Shown here: positions 34,030 to 51,187 of the stretch, in pieces
Layout: every line of letters starts with the position of its first letter
How positions within the stretch are numbered: the first letter of the stretch is position 1
Program-made: the position numbers and the translations under genes
Notes under the pieces: generated by a model
What the model was told of the DNA's origin: nothing
The model's database searches: none
What the model saw: only the letters and a program-made list of their open reading frames with translations
Assembly: GCA_964016885.1 (NCBI GenBank)
Contig: OZ024742.1
Location: 69,254,001-69,318,000, forward strand
Direction of reading: 5' to 3'
Origin: Eledone cirrhosa
Taxonomy: Eukaryota
DNA length: 64,000 nt

Positions 34030-34704
34030 TGAGTTGAGATGGAGGGTCTGTGGTTTTTCTCACATCTGGTTGGTCTCTGAATGTTACTTGTTTTATATGG
34101 AAAAAGTGGCTCGAACTGCCAGGTTTTTCGAGAAGTAATTTGATTGGGTTGTCAATAATTATAATAAATTTCGCGTCAGTTCGCGTTACAATAGTTCTTC
34201 AAATAAGAGGGGGGGGGGGTTGTCACAGGTTGTTTTTTCATATATGAGTGTTTGAATTTCTTTTTACTTGAAAAAAGGAGGCTCACGAAGGCTTTTTTTT
34301 GGTTGGTTATAAATGAAATTATGGCTGTCACGTGAACAAGTTTTCTTTAAATTTTTGTGCCCTTATTTGGAAATACATTCTGTAGCCTTTTTAGAGAATT
34401 TTTTGATAAGTGAAAGATAATGGTCAAAAGAAAGGGATGGGAGAATTGTTCTGGTTCAGTGAATATGGTTAGTTCGCTAGGGTGTCAGAATTCAGATTTT
34501 CTATTGAATAAAGAAAGTAAAGATATGTATGTTTATTTGTGTGCTTGTGTGTGTGTGCGCGTGTGTGTGTGTTGTGTGTGTGTGTGTTTGAATTTCTTTA
34601 CTTTAATAAAAGGTGGCTCACGAAGGCTTTTTTTTAATAAACGTGATTATATACATACATATATATATTTATATATATATATATACATACATATATATAA
34701 TTTT

Positions 34705-34755
<51 letters not shown>

Positions 34756-34762
<7 letters not shown>

Positions 34763-35525
34763 GGAAAAAATGAAACGATATTTCATTTCCCACTCTTAGT
34801 ACGGCTGTTACTTAAATATAAGTATGTACACGTACATACATATATGTATACGGACGTACAGTAGTATGTATATATATATATACATACATGCACACATATA
34901 TATATATGCACGTATGGATTCACCGAACATTTATTATAATGCTCGGTGTGTTTGTAAACAAACATCCCGTATTAAGCCGTAGTGTCTAGCAACCACCGTT
35001 GCTCGTTTGTTCAACACTGACAAAGGAACGCTGTACTAGTTTCAAGCTTGTTAGCTATCGTCAGCAACGTATACCTTCCTGCCAGATTGTTGAACGTATA
35101 TACTTGCCTTATGCATATTAACGGCTGAGTAGCCCAATTTGCATATCGAGTGGGTTAATCGGCCGGGTGCACCGAAAACGATAAACGGAAAAAATGAAAC
35201 GATATTTCATTTCCCACTCTTAGTACGGCTGTTACTTAAATATAAGTATGTACACGTACATACATATATGTATACCGACGTACAGTAGTATGTATATATA
35301 TATACATACATGCACACATATATATATGCACGTATGGATTCACCGAACATTTATTATAATGCTCGGTGTGTTTGTAAACAAACATCCCGTATTAAGCCCT
35401 AGTGTCTAGCAACCACCGTTGCTCGTTTGTTCAACACTGACAAAGGAACGCTGTACTAGTTTCAAGCTTGTTAGCTATCGTCAGCAACGTATACCTTCCT
35501 GCCAGATTGTTGAACGTATATACTT
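34756..35525 (-). repeat. About 1.8 tandem copies (420-bp period) of a diverged relative of the 466-bp unit
   Basis: Shared blocks such as TTTCATTTCCCACTCTTAGTA, TTGTTCAACACTGACA and TGTACTAGTTTCAAGCTTGTTAGCTATC; starts at (TA)n. Confidence 0.9.
35028..35070 (-). ncRNA. Hammerhead ribozyme of the diverged unit (second copy 35448-35490)
   Basis: ACGUUG CUGACGA U AGCU aaca AGCU U GAAA CUAG UA CAGCGU; stem I pairing is retained with changed bases. Confidence 0.85.
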
Positions 35526-36836
35526 AAGAAACTAGCCGATAAATCTTTCGATTTCTTCTTTTTCTTCTTTTTATTTTTATTTTTATTTAAACATTCTTCA
35601 TGAAAAATTAAGCTACCCTAAAAGTTGATGCTCCAAATATTTCGAATAAACGTTACACTAGATAAACTTCTATATTAAATATCAGAACACATGTAGACCA
35701 AATGGGCATCCTAAACTTTTTGAAATGATTTTTGCTAGATGCGATTTGATAAATAATTTTTAGCTTTATCTGTTTTTCGACTCTGATGCTTATAATGAAC
35801 TTGGCAATATATTGTCAATTAATTTTGAAGGGTTGATCTTTGTGGTTTATTTTTATTATTGTAGTATTTTCTAATATTTTTATTTTTAATATGTAATATT
35901 TTTAATATGTAATATTCTTTCGTAATATTTTTTAGTTTTATATTTTATTATTATTTATTATTATTATTATTATTGTTATTTTTTGGTTTTGTTTCTGATA
36001 TATATTTTTTTATTGATATATTGAAATCTGCTCTCTATTTCTGCTTGATAGATAATCTTGTAGAGTAAAGACAAGAATAGTAGTAATATAGACTCTATAT
36101 ATATATGTGTGTATATATATACACATATATGTATACTTAAATTTTTATAGCACAATGAGAATGTTTTCCGTGAACTTAGGGTTTGCAGAGTTGATCATGT
36201 AAATTCACATGGATGTTTGTAGTTATCACATAAACATGAATTTTTTTTTAAAAAACTAAACATAAGATCATTACTTTTCACACATTATGGATACATGTCT
36301 CATTCAGGAATACTGATATTTACAATATAGTGGCTGGTTTTTATACATACTAATACCTCTACATTAAAACATAGGGTTTTTATGCCTCGCCTATGTCTGG
36401 TTATTTTTAATTTTTAATTTTTCTCTCTATATAACAGCTGGTTTCTCTCCTAACCACATATATCTCCCTTACATTAATACTAGAGCTAAATAAATAAATA
36501 AATAAATAAATGTATCATTGATACGTTTACTCAACGGATGTCCCACTACCTAGTTTTCTATATATATATATCTATCTCTATTTCCTCTCTCTCTATATAT
36601 ATATATCTCTCTGTTTCTTTACATGAAGTTCTTCTCTTTATCTATCTTTCCATCTCTCTATTTTGTTCCATGCATTTCTTCTTTTTCTTCTTTTTCTTCG
36701 TTTTCTGTCTTTCTTTCCTTTTTCTCTCTTTCTTTCTCTCTGTGTACAATTTTTTCACTGCCAATTCAACTTTTCAAATACAAGTCGATGTTGTACGGTA
36801 TGTCAAATCTATTTATCTATAAAACTGTTTATATTG

Positions 36837-36902
36837 TATTTTGTCTGAGGAAGGCATAGCATATTGTTAATATGATATCCCTGAAATATATATAATGAAA
36901 TA
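36837..36902 (+). ncRNA. Type I hammerhead motif, family with AUAUAUAU stem III (also 43234-43299 +, 44463-44528 -, 47199-47264 -, 47397-47462 +, 48486-48550 -, 48637-48701 +, degenerate 53931-53995 +)
   Basis: UAUUUUGU CUGAGGA AGG...CCU GAAA UAUAUA UA AUGAAAUA; 8-bp stem I with G-U pairs; N7 varies (G/U) between copies. Confidence 0.8.
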
Positions 36903-36961
36903 AATATGGTTTTATAAATATAGTTTCCATTTATTTAATATCGTATATATATATATATATA

Positions 36962-37232
36962 TATTAATAAGAGGAATTCCAACTTTGTCTGATTTACTCG
37001 TTTTATTTACAATCCTTTAAAATATATAATGGTATTATAATGAAATAGTATGATAGAATATTAAATTCTAAGTGTTAATTGAACAAGTACTGAAAGCATG
37101 AAAGTATTTGTTCAATTAACACTTAGAATTTAATATTCTATCATACTATTTCATTATAATACCATTATATATTTTAAAGGATTGTAAATAACACGAGTAA
37201 ATCAGACAAAGTTGGAATTCCTCTTATTAATA
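36962..37232. repeat. Roughly 270-bp palindrome adjacent to (TA)n
   Basis: TATTAATAAGAGGAATTCCAACTTTGTCTG... is mirrored by ...CAGACAAAGTTGGAATTCCTCTTATTAATA; no HHR core seen. Confidence 0.85.
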
Positions 37233-37338
37233 TAATCTTCTATACACAATCATACACACCCGTGTATATTTACCTATCTATCTCTCTCTCTCTCTATATA
37301 TATACATATATATATTTATATATATATATACATATATA

Positions 37339-37408
<70 letters not shown>

Positions 37409-37478
37409 TACATATACGTATATATTTATATATATACATATACATATATATTCATATATATATATATATACATATATA

Positions 37479-37524
<46 letters not shown>

Positions 37525-37557
37525 TATATCTATATATATATATACATATATATATTT

Positions 37558-37588
<31 letters not shown>

Positions 37589-37605
37589 ATATATATATAT
37601 ATATT

Positions 37606-37698
<93 letters not shown>

Positions 37699-37747
37699 AT
37701 TTATATGTATATAAATATATATATATATATAGTTAGATATATATAAC

Positions 37748-37826
<79 letters not shown>

Positions 37827-37853
37827 TTATATGTATATAAATATATATATATA

Positions 37854-37913
<60 letters not shown>

Positions 37914-38175
37914 CATACATATATATATTTATATGTATATAAATATATATATATATATATATATTTAGATATATATAACTATATATATATATATATACAT
38001 ACATATATATATTTATATATATATTTATATATATATACATATATATATTTATATATATATTTATATATATATTTATATATATATTTATATATATATTTAT
38101 ATATATATACATACATATATATATTTATATATATATTTATATATATATATATATATACATATATATTTATATATA

Positions 38176-38213
<38 letters not shown>

Positions 38214-38223
38214 TATATTTATA

Positions 38224-38269
<46 letters not shown>

Positions 38270-38510
38270 TATTTATATATATATATACACGATATCTATA
38301 TATATATATATAAAGAATTAATATCTAATAACATATATATACATACAGATGCATATCAATGCTAGCAAATATATAGGTTTTGTCTTAGTAACTATGTGGT
38401 TCAATTCATGGGGTTGCAGTACAATAATATGAGACACGTAAAATAAGAAAATTATAAAATTAACTTACTTACTAAAATATCACTTCCTGATGATGACACG
38501 ACAAATATCA

Positions 38511-38582
38511 CTGTCTGATGATGACACGACACTCGCACACAGAACAGTGTGTCCAGTGTCGTCACTGAAATATATATCACAG
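38511..38582 (+). ncRNA. Type I hammerhead motif
   Basis: CUGU CUGAUGA UGACACGACACU...AGUGUCGUCA CU GAAA UAUAUA UC ACAG; preceded by a 28-bp duplication of its own 5' half. Confidence 0.7.
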
Positions 38583-38596
38583 CATTATTATTAAAG

Positions 38597-38790
38597 ACTA
38601 TGGTGGATTGGCAGTATCGGTAGAGGGTCGGACGCCATGCTTTCCAGCATAGTTACGTCCCTTTACGATCTGAGTTCAAATCCCGCCGAGGTTGACTTTG
38701 CCTTTCATCCTTACGGGGTCGATAAAATAAAGTACCAGTAATGCACTGGGTAATTTGCTGGCCTTGTGCCTAAAGTAGAAACAATTATTA
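38597..38790 (+). mobile_element. tRNA-derived SINE (cephalopod-type)
   Basis: A-box-like TGGCAGTATCGGTAG, B-box GAGTTCAAATCCC, body GACTTTGCCTTTCATCCTTACGGGGTCGATAAAATAAAGTACCAG, (ATT)n tail; ATTATTATTAAAG on both flanks (possible target-site duplication). Confidence 0.8.
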
Positions 38791-39058
38791 TTAAAGGACT
38801 TGAACATCTGAAACTACTTCGCTTTTCCTTATTCTATACATACATATATATATATTTATATATATATTTATATATATATTTATATATATATACATACATA
38901 TATATATTTATATATATATTTATATATATATATATATATATACATATATATTTATATATATATATTTATATATATATATACATATATATATTTATATATA
39001 TATATATTTATATATATATATATATATATATACCTCAGCTGTCGGGGTCTTACTGGTT

Positions 39059-39122
<64 letters not shown>

Positions 39123-39125
<3 letters not shown>

Positions 39126-40597
39126 CTCTTTTACTCTTTTACCTGTTTCAGCCACGCGGCTGAGGCCATGCTGGGGCACCGCCCTTGTTGCTACACATTT
39201 TATCTCCAGCCTGTATAGGTTGGCCACTGGTGTAAGAGGGAGTTTGTTGCTGCTGCCCTTAGGTTTCCCTCGTGTCTTGCTGTGGGCTCATCCGGGATCC
39301 TGGACAACAAGGCGTCGAGATGTTTCTTGAAGACATCCACCTCCACGTCATGCAAATCTCTCAGATCCTTCGGCAGCCTGTTGAAGAGTTGAGGGCCCTT
39401 GAATCCCAGGCTATTGCAATACCTGCTCCTTATTCTAGATGTGGAAGACAGGACCTTTGGCACCACACAGTGACGTCCTGTTCGACGGTTGGTCCAGCTC
39501 CCAATGCCAAAGTTTGGTGCTAGTCCCTCCAGGATTTTCCACATGTAGATCACTGCGTATCTCTCCCGTCTTCGCTCCAAGGAGTAGAGGTTCAGTTCCT
39601 TTAGCCTCTCCCAGTAGCTTGTCTCCCTCATCTTGGCAATCCTCTTGGTGTAGCTTCGCTGGATTGCCTCAAGCTCCGTGGTTAGTTTGACACTATGGGT
39701 TGACCACACCTGGGAGCAGTAGTCCAGGCGACTTAGGACAAATGTCCTCCATAGTGTCAACATGGTGTCTCGATCTCTTGTCCGGAAAGTCCTCAAGATC
39801 CAGCCAGCGAGTCGTCTGCACATTGTCGCCACTCTCATGATGTGTGAAGAAAAAGATGCATCATCGCTCATGTCTATGCCCAGGTCTCGTATCGATTTTG
39901 ACACGGGGATATCGGTCCCTACTCGTCCTGTGTAGTTGTCTTCCACTATATTTGTGTTTGCAGGTTTGTTTGGAGGTTTGTATTGTAGGGCTTGGAATTT
40001 GCCAGCATTAAACTGCATGTTGTTTTCTTCTGCTCATTTGATTGGGCATCCAGATACTGCTGTAAAAGGGCAGCGTCAGCCGGGTTTTTGATTGCCTGTG
40101 CTACCTTAGTGTCATCAGCATAGCTAGTGAGGGATGTTGTTGTATGTACTACAGAGGGCATGTCTGAGAGAGCCACCAAAAACAGTAGTGGTCCCAGGTC
40201 TGTCCCCTGGGGCACCCCACTTGTTATTGGTGTTTCCTTTGAGAAGGCCCCATTTGCTGCGACTGCCTGGCTTCTGTCCCTTAGGAAGCTATGCAGCCAC
40301 TCACCTACTTTTCCAGTTATGCCGAGTCCGTGTAGTTTGTGACATATCATTCCGTGGTCGACCTTGTCAAAGGCCTTCGCAAAGTCAAGTTATATCACGT
40401 TCACATGTGAGCTGTCTAGTAGTTGTCTCAGTACCCAGTCGTAGTGATGTAGCAGCTGTGTAAGGCAGCTTCTTCCTGGGCGGAAGCCATGATACGTGCT
40501 AGTCAGGCGGTCATTTTCCTCGAGGAAAGTTATTAGTTTCTTTCTGACGACTCGCTCCATGACCTTACTGATATGCGATGTCAGGGAGACTGGCCTA
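39123..40597 (-). mobile_element. 5'-truncated CR1-group LINE (RT and C-terminus), decayed
   Basis: DFAKAFDKVDH, SGVPQGTDLGPLLF, YADDTK, RDLGI, SRLDYCSQVWS, SYWERLKELNLYSLERRRER; 3' tail GGTGCCCCAGCATGGCC...GAAACAGG(TAAAAGAG)n. Confidence 0.88.
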
Positions 40598-41204
40598 TGT
40601 CACCTCTCACATCAAAAACAACCTGGTCTATGAATCGAATTAAAGAACGACAAGCTGCGATGTTCTAGCATGGTTCACCAGGCACCCAATGTTGAATCAT
40701 CGTGGATTGTGAGATGAAAAAGTAGTCTATAAATTGCGTTTCCTGGATTGTGAGAGTGGTGGTGTGTACGAGGACAGTGGTGCTGTGTTTTGCTTCTCAT
40801 TTGTAATATTTTTGATATTTTTGGTGTTTCTCCACACACGGGCTTCTATATCGTACAGGTGTGTGTAAATAATGCTTAACCAGTTCGCCCCCATGATGCT
40901 CTCGATTGCCTGCTTTGACTGCTTGTTTTACTTGTAAAAATCTGCCGCACTATAATCTTGTATAAATAGGACACGCGTGCATGCCACACGTGTGACTGTT
41001 GCATACACTGGCTACTCCAAACTTTCCTTTTGCTTTAGCTTAGTAGACTGCCAATGTTTTATTATAATTTTAATTTTGTCCTTTAATATGACTGTAATCT
41101 TTGTATATAAATTATTATGCTATATTATTATTATTATTATTATTATTATAATGGATGTCAACCCACTGTGGGTCAATATATACATATGTTTCTATATGTC
41201 TCTT

Positions 41205-41660
41205 GTGTTGTATGTACGTGTACATACTTATATTTAAGTAACAGCTGTACTAAGAGTGGGAAATGAAATTTCGTTTCATTTTTTCCGTTTATAGTTTTCG
41301 GTGCACCCGGCCTATTAACCCACTCGATATGCAAATTGGGCTACTCATCGTTAATATGCATAAGGAAAGTATACACTTTCAGACGTTCAACAATCTGGCA
41401 GGAAGGTATACGTTGCTGACGATAACTAATAAGCTTGAAACTAGTACATCGTTCCTTGTCAGTGTTGAACAAACGAGCAACGATGGATGCTAGAAACTAC
41501 GGCTTAATACGGGATGTTTGTTTACAAACACACAGGGGATTATAATAAATGTTCGGTGAATCCATACGTACATATATATATATGTGTGCATGTATGTATA
41601 TATATATATACATACTATTGTACGTCTGTATACATATATATATGTACGTGTACATACTTA
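41205..41660 (+). repeat. Single diverged, circularly permuted copy of the 466/420-bp family with HHR at 41410-41452
   Basis: ACGTTG CTGACGA TAACTAATAAGCTT GAAA CTAG TA CATCGT; just over one unit long (terminal redundancy TGTACGTGTACATACTTATAT), ending in (TA)n. Confidence 0.8.
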
Positions 41661-41674
41661 TATATATATATAAT

Positions 41675-41706
<32 letters not shown>

Positions 41707-41833
41707 AAATATATATATATAATATATATATATATATAATATATATATTATATATATATAATATATATATATGATATATATATATATAATATATATATAA
41801 TATGTATATATATATATATAATATATATATAAT

Positions 41834-41898
<65 letters not shown>

Positions 41899-41905
41899 AT
41901 TATAT

Positions 41906-42019
<114 letters not shown>

Positions 42020-42025
42020 TATATA

Positions 42026-42128
<103 letters not shown>

Positions 42129-42162
42129 ATATATTATATATATATATATTATATATATATAT

Positions 42163-42202
<40 letters not shown>

Positions 42203-42243
42203 ATATATATATATATATATTATATATATATATAATATATATA

Positions 42244-42685
<442 letters not shown>

Positions 42686-42885
42686 NNNNNNNNNNNNNNN
42701 NNNNNNNNNNNNNNNNNNNNNNNNNNNNNNNNNNNNNNNNNNNNNNNNNNNNNNNNNNNNNNNNNNNNNNNNNNNNNNNNNNNNNNNNNNNNNNNNNNNN
42801 NNNNNNNNNNNNNNNNNNNNNNNNNNNNNNNNNNNNNNNNNNNNNNNNNNNNNNNNNNNNNNNNNNNNNNNNNNNNNNNNNNNNN
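42686..42885. other. Assembly gap (200 N)
   Basis: Run of N following a pure (TA)n tract. Confidence 1.
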
Positions 42886-43378
42886 AATAAATGTATCATT
42901 GATACATTTACTCAAAATGACCTCCCACTACCTAATTTTCTATATATATATGTATCTATCTCTATTTCCTCTCTCTATATATATATATGTCTCTTTCTGT
43001 TTCTTTACATGAAGTTCTTCGCTTTATCTATCTTTCCATCTCTCTATTTTGTTCCATGCATTTCTTCTTTTTCTTCCTTTTCTTCGTTTTGTCTTTCTTT
43101 CTTTTTTCTCTTTTTTTTCTCTCTTTCTTTCTCTCTGTATAACATTTTTTCACTGCCAGCGTAAACCTCTTCAAATGAAGTCGGTGTTATTACGGTATGT
43201 CGAATCTATTTATCTATAAAACTGTTTATATTGTATTTTGTCTGATGAAGGCATAGCATATTGTTAATATGATATCCCCGAAATATATATAATGAAATAA
43301 ATATGGTTTTATAAATATAGTTTTCCATTTATTTAATATTATGAATTATATATATATATATTATATATATATATATAT

Positions 43379-43411
<33 letters not shown>

Positions 43412-43424
43412 ATATTATATATAT

Positions 43425-43523
<99 letters not shown>

Positions 43524-43524
43524 A

Positions 43525-43665
<141 letters not shown>

Positions 43666-43694
43666 AGCTCAGCCGTCGGGGTCCTACTCGTTCC

Positions 43695-43728
<34 letters not shown>

Positions 43729-43734
43729 TATATA

Positions 43735-43774
<40 letters not shown>

Positions 43775-43778
43775 TATA

Positions 43779-43850
<72 letters not shown>

Positions 43851-44017
43851 TATATATATATTTTATATACATATATATTATATATTTATATATATATATA
43901 AATATATTATATATATATATATATATTATATATATATATATTTCATATATATATTATATATATTATATATATATATATAATATATATATATAATATATAT
44001 ATATTATATATATATTA

Positions 44018-44093
<76 letters not shown>

Positions 44094-44107
44094 TATATTA
44101 TATATAT

Positions 44108-44162
<55 letters not shown>

Positions 44163-44169
44163 TATATAT

Positions 44170-44288
<119 letters not shown>

Positions 44289-44293
44289 TAATA

Positions 44294-44334
<41 letters not shown>

Positions 44335-44756
44335 AAAGTTTTATTTAAAATTGTTGGGTTACAACGAGTAAATATTTTATAACTGATATAAAAGCACTGA
44401 ACAATTTCTGGAGTAGGTTTACGATATTAAACAAATGGAAACTATATTTATAAAACCATATTTATTTCGTTATATATATTTCTGGGATATCATATTAAAA
44501 ATATGCTATGCCTTCCTCAGACAAAATACAATACATAAGCTGTTTTATAAATAATTTTGACATACCTTATAATAATGCAACTTCCATTTAAAAAGTTTTA
44601 AATGGAAGTTGCATTATTATAAGGTATGTCAAAATTATTTATAAAACAGCTTATGTATTGTATTTTGTCTGAGGAAGGTATACCATATTTTTATATATAT
44701 ATTATATATATATATATATTATATATATATATATTATATATATATATATTATATAT

Positions 44757-44799
<43 letters not shown>

Positions 44800-44806
44800 T
44801 ATATAA

Positions 44807-44951
<145 letters not shown>

Positions 44952-44983
44952 ATATTATATATATATATATTATATATATATAT

Positions 44984-45050
<67 letters not shown>

Positions 45051-45099
45051 ATAATATATATATATATGTTCTCTAATTTACCATTGTGTTCTATCTAAG

Positions 45100-45143
<44 letters not shown>

Positions 45144-45220
45144 ATAATATATATATATATGTTCTCTAATTTACCATTGTGTTCTATCTAAGATATATAT
45201 ATAACATATATATATATAAC

Positions 45221-45255
<35 letters not shown>

Positions 45256-45287
45256 AATATTTATATATATATGTATATATATTATAT

Positions 45288-45340
<53 letters not shown>

Positions 45341-45735
45341 TATATATATATATGTTATATATATATCTGAGATAGAACACAAGGGTAAATTAGAGAACAT
45401 AGAAATAAATATAGAATCTACACACAGAAAAGACGCAATGTTTAAACAAATTACAGAGGCAATAAACATAAAATAATTACAACCAAAATTAAATAGAAAA
45501 TATGAGTGGAACAGCAACATCACAACTTACCATTAAGGACAAAATGAAAACACACACACACATAGAACAAACAACCAACCAGTAACATGTAAATAAACAA
45601 ATAAATAAATGAACATAAACACACACAGACACCCGGATGTGGCGCATGCGCAGACTGAGCACACAACACACTACCAGAAACAAAATGGCGTAGGACAGAA
45701 CAAAGGAGAGGCACAGAAACAAAGAAAGGAATCCC

Positions 45736-45782
45736 TAGTCACTGAAGAGGTCACAGAGTGTGTGACGAAAGAACTATGACTA
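45736..45782 (+). ncRNA. Type I hammerhead motif upstream of a PLE ORF start
   Basis: UAGUCA CUGAAGA G GUCAC agagugu GUGAC GAAA GAAC UA UGACUA; perfect 6-bp stem I; ATGACCCTCCCA (MTLP) follows at about 45930, then (TA)n. Confidence 0.82.
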
Positions 45783-45947
45783 TATATAAACAACTATATG
45801 GTTGTGGAACCAACCAAGCAACCAGAAATTTATAAATTTATAAATTTATAAATTTATAAATTTATAAATTTATAAATATAAAATAAATTGAAGTGAAAGC
45901 AACTGGTGCGTGTGTTTCTTATTGGCAACATGACCCTCCCATAGTAT

Positions 45948-45986
<39 letters not shown>

Positions 45987-46263
45987 ATCCAGTAAGACCC
46001 CGACGGCTGAGCTCAAGACATTTCGACGGCTAATTCAGAATTAGCCGTCGAAACGGCTTGAGCTCAGCCGTCGGGGTCTTACTGGTTCCTATTACCCACT
46101 CTACTACCCCAAGTATTGAGTACTTTGGTGCGTTATGGTCCACCTGGTTCCTTACCACATTTCCTTCATTATGTATATATATATATATATTATATATATA
46201 TATATATTATATATATATATATTATATATATATATATTATATATATATTATATATATATATAT

Positions 46264-46401
<138 letters not shown>

Positions 46402-46403
46402 TA

Positions 46404-46520
<117 letters not shown>

Positions 46521-46569
46521 GTATATATATATATATATTGAGCTCAGCCGTCGGGGTCCTACTCGTTCC

Positions 46570-46609
<40 letters not shown>

Positions 46610-46615
46610 TATATA

Positions 46616-46657
<42 letters not shown>

Positions 46658-46708
46658 TATATATATATTTTATATACATATATATTATATATTTATATAT
46701 ATATATAA

Positions 46709-46750
<42 letters not shown>

Positions 46751-46836
46751 ATATTTCATATATATATTATATATATTATATATATATATATATATATAAT
46801 ATATGTATATAATATATATATATTATATATATATTA

Positions 46837-46890
<54 letters not shown>

Positions 46891-46924
46891 TATATATTAT
46901 ATATATATATATATAATATATATA

Positions 46925-47022
<98 letters not shown>

Positions 47023-47027
47023 TAATA

Positions 47028-47067
<40 letters not shown>

Positions 47068-47070
<3 letters not shown>

Positions 47071-47503
47071 AAAGTTTTATTTAAAATTGTTGGGTTACAA
47101 CGAGTAAATATTTTATAACTGATATAAAAGCACTCAACAATTTCTGGAGTAGGTTTACGATATTAAACAAATGGAAACTATATTTATAAAACCATATTTA
47201 TTTCGTTATATATATTTCTGGGATATCATATTAAAAATATGGTACGCCTTCCTCAGACAAAATACAATACATAAGCTGTTTTATAAATAATTTTGACATA
47301 CCTTATAATAATGCAACTTCCATTTAAAAAGTTTTAAATGGAAGTTGCATTATTATAAGGTATGTCAAAATTATTTATAAAACAGCTTATGTATTGTATT
47401 TTGTCTGAGGAAGGCATACCATATTTTTAATATGATATCCCAGAAATATATATAACGAAATAAATATGGTTTTATAAATATAGTTTCCATTTGTTTAATA
47501 TCG
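47068..47503. mobile_element. Palindromic HHR element (second, right-truncated copy at 44330-44692; related copy at 48450-48835)
   Basis: Arms meet at CCATTTAAAAAGTTTTAAATGG; one HHR per arm, both facing outward into (TA)n. Confidence 0.8.
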
Positions 47504-47641
47504 TATATATATATATATATATTCCTGATGATTTATATTATATTATATATATATATAGATTCCTGTGAATCCTGATGATTTCTAAACAATGAATCAATTC
47601 CAGTCCTGTAGAATCTCATCTATATATATATATCCATATAA

Positions 47642-47753
<112 letters not shown>

Positions 47754-48144
47754 ATATATATATATATATATTATATAATATATATATTATATATATATAT
47801 TATATAATATATATATTATATAATATATATATTATATATATATATTATATAATATATATATAATATATATATATTATATATATATATATATTATATATAT
47901 ATATATATTATATATATATATATATTATATATATATATATTATATATATATATATTATATATATATATATATATTATATATATATACATATATTATATAT
48001 ATATGTATATATATATATATTATATATATGTATATATATATACTATATATATGTATATATATATATATATTATATATATAATATATATATTATATATATA
48101 TATAATATATATATATTATATATGTATATATATTAAATATATAT

Positions 48145-48178
<34 letters not shown>

Positions 48179-48973
48179 ATTATATATATATATTATATAT
48201 ATATTATATATATATATATATATACTATATATATATTATATATATATAATATATATATATATTATATATATATATTATATATATATGTTATATATATATA
48301 TTATATATATATATAATATATATATATAATATATATATTATATATATATATTATATATATATATTATATATATATATAATATATATATATATTATATATA
48401 TATATTATATATATATATTATATATATATATAATATATATATATACTATATTAATAAATGGAAACTATTTTTATAAAACCATATTTATTTCATTATACAT
48501 CTTTCAAGGATACCAAGTTAAATTATGGTATGCCTTCATCAGACAAAATACAATATATATATCAGTTTTACAAATAAGCATTGACGTACCCTTTCAAAAT
48601 GCGACCATTACTTTTGTAGGACATCAGGATATATTGTATTTTGTCTGATGAAGGCATACCATAATTTAACTAGGTATCCTTGAAATATGTATAATGAAAT
48701 ATATATGGTTTTATAAATATAGTTTCCATTTACTAATATCGTATATCTACTCAAAATACTTGTCGAGTGCTTTATATATCTGTTATAAAAATATTTACTT
48801 GTTGTATCCCAACAATTTAAATAGAACTTTTGCATATAATATATATATATATATAATATATATATATATATAATATATATATATATATATAATATATATA
48901 TATATAATATATATATATATAATATATATATATATAATATATATATATATAATATATATATATATAATATATA

Positions 48974-49060
<87 letters not shown>

Positions 49061-49083
49061 CATATATATATATAATATATATA

Positions 49084-49114
<31 letters not shown>

Positions 49115-49165
49115 AATATATATGTATATATATATATTATATATATATATTATATATATATATAT

Positions 49166-49214
<49 letters not shown>

Positions 49215-49545
49215 CATATTATTTGGATGTCCTAAATAACGAAGAAACCATGGTAGAGATATAATTACGGTATGTGCGCATTTCTTCTAAGGTTAATTTT
49301 ACTACTAATTTGTGTGTGGTTGATGGTATATTTGATCGGATTCTGCATGCTGCCGAAATGTTTGATAAATAATGGAACGGCGCTGCCGCGAAGAGGATAC
49401 GATCAATTGTTTGTCAGAGATTTCCGCGTGAGAAAATTTATTTTTAAAGCTTGGTAGATTTGGTTTTGTATATGGTTAATTATGCTAGTTAGAAGAAGAA
49501 ATAGTATATATTTTAATATCTGATTGATTCTATAGACATGATTTA

Positions 49546-49637
<92 letters not shown>

Positions 49638-49771
49638 TATATTATATATATATTATATATATTCCTGATGATTTATATTATATTATATATATATATAGAT
49701 TCCTGTGAATCCTGATGATTTCTAAACAATGAATCAGTTCTAGTCCTGTAGAATCTCATCTATATATATAT

Positions 49772-49844
<73 letters not shown>

Positions 49845-50267
49845 ATTATATATATATATATATATTATATAATATATATATTATATATATATATATGATG
49901 TAATATATATTTATATATATATATTATATAATATATATATTAGATATATATATTATATACATATATATATTATATATATATATATATTATATATATATAT
50001 ATATATTATATATATATATATATATTATATATATATATATATATTATATATATATCTATATATTATATATATATATATATATTATATATATATATATTAT
50101 ATATATATATATATTATATATATATATATATATTATATATATATATATATATTATATATATATATTATATATATATATATATATTATATATATATATATA
50201 TATTATATATATATATATATATTATATATATATATATTATATATATATTATATATATATACATATAT

Positions 50268-50320
<53 letters not shown>

Positions 50321-50330
50321 TTATATATAT

Positions 50331-50391
<61 letters not shown>

Positions 50392-50456
50392 ATATTATAT
50401 ATATATATATATATTATATATATATATTATATATATATATATATTATATATATATA

Positions 50457-50862
<406 letters not shown>

Positions 50863-51054
50863 ATACGGCTCTGCTCCAAAGCATAGAGCTAATTATTATG
50901 CTGCCAATACCTTAATGGGACACGGGTATACAATACCTAATTCCTATTAACCTAAGTATATATATATATTATATATATTATATATATATATATATATTAT
51001 ATATATATATATATATTATATATATTATATATATATATATATATTATATATATA

Positions 51055-51101
<47 letters not shown>

Positions 51102-51187
51102 ATATATAATATATATATATATATATTAAATATATAATATATATATATATATATATTATATATATAATATATATATATATATATGAA

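Noticed and set aside
38600-38690. tRNA gene
   Set aside because: A/B boxes are present but there is no cloverleaf; it continues into a SINE body and tail.
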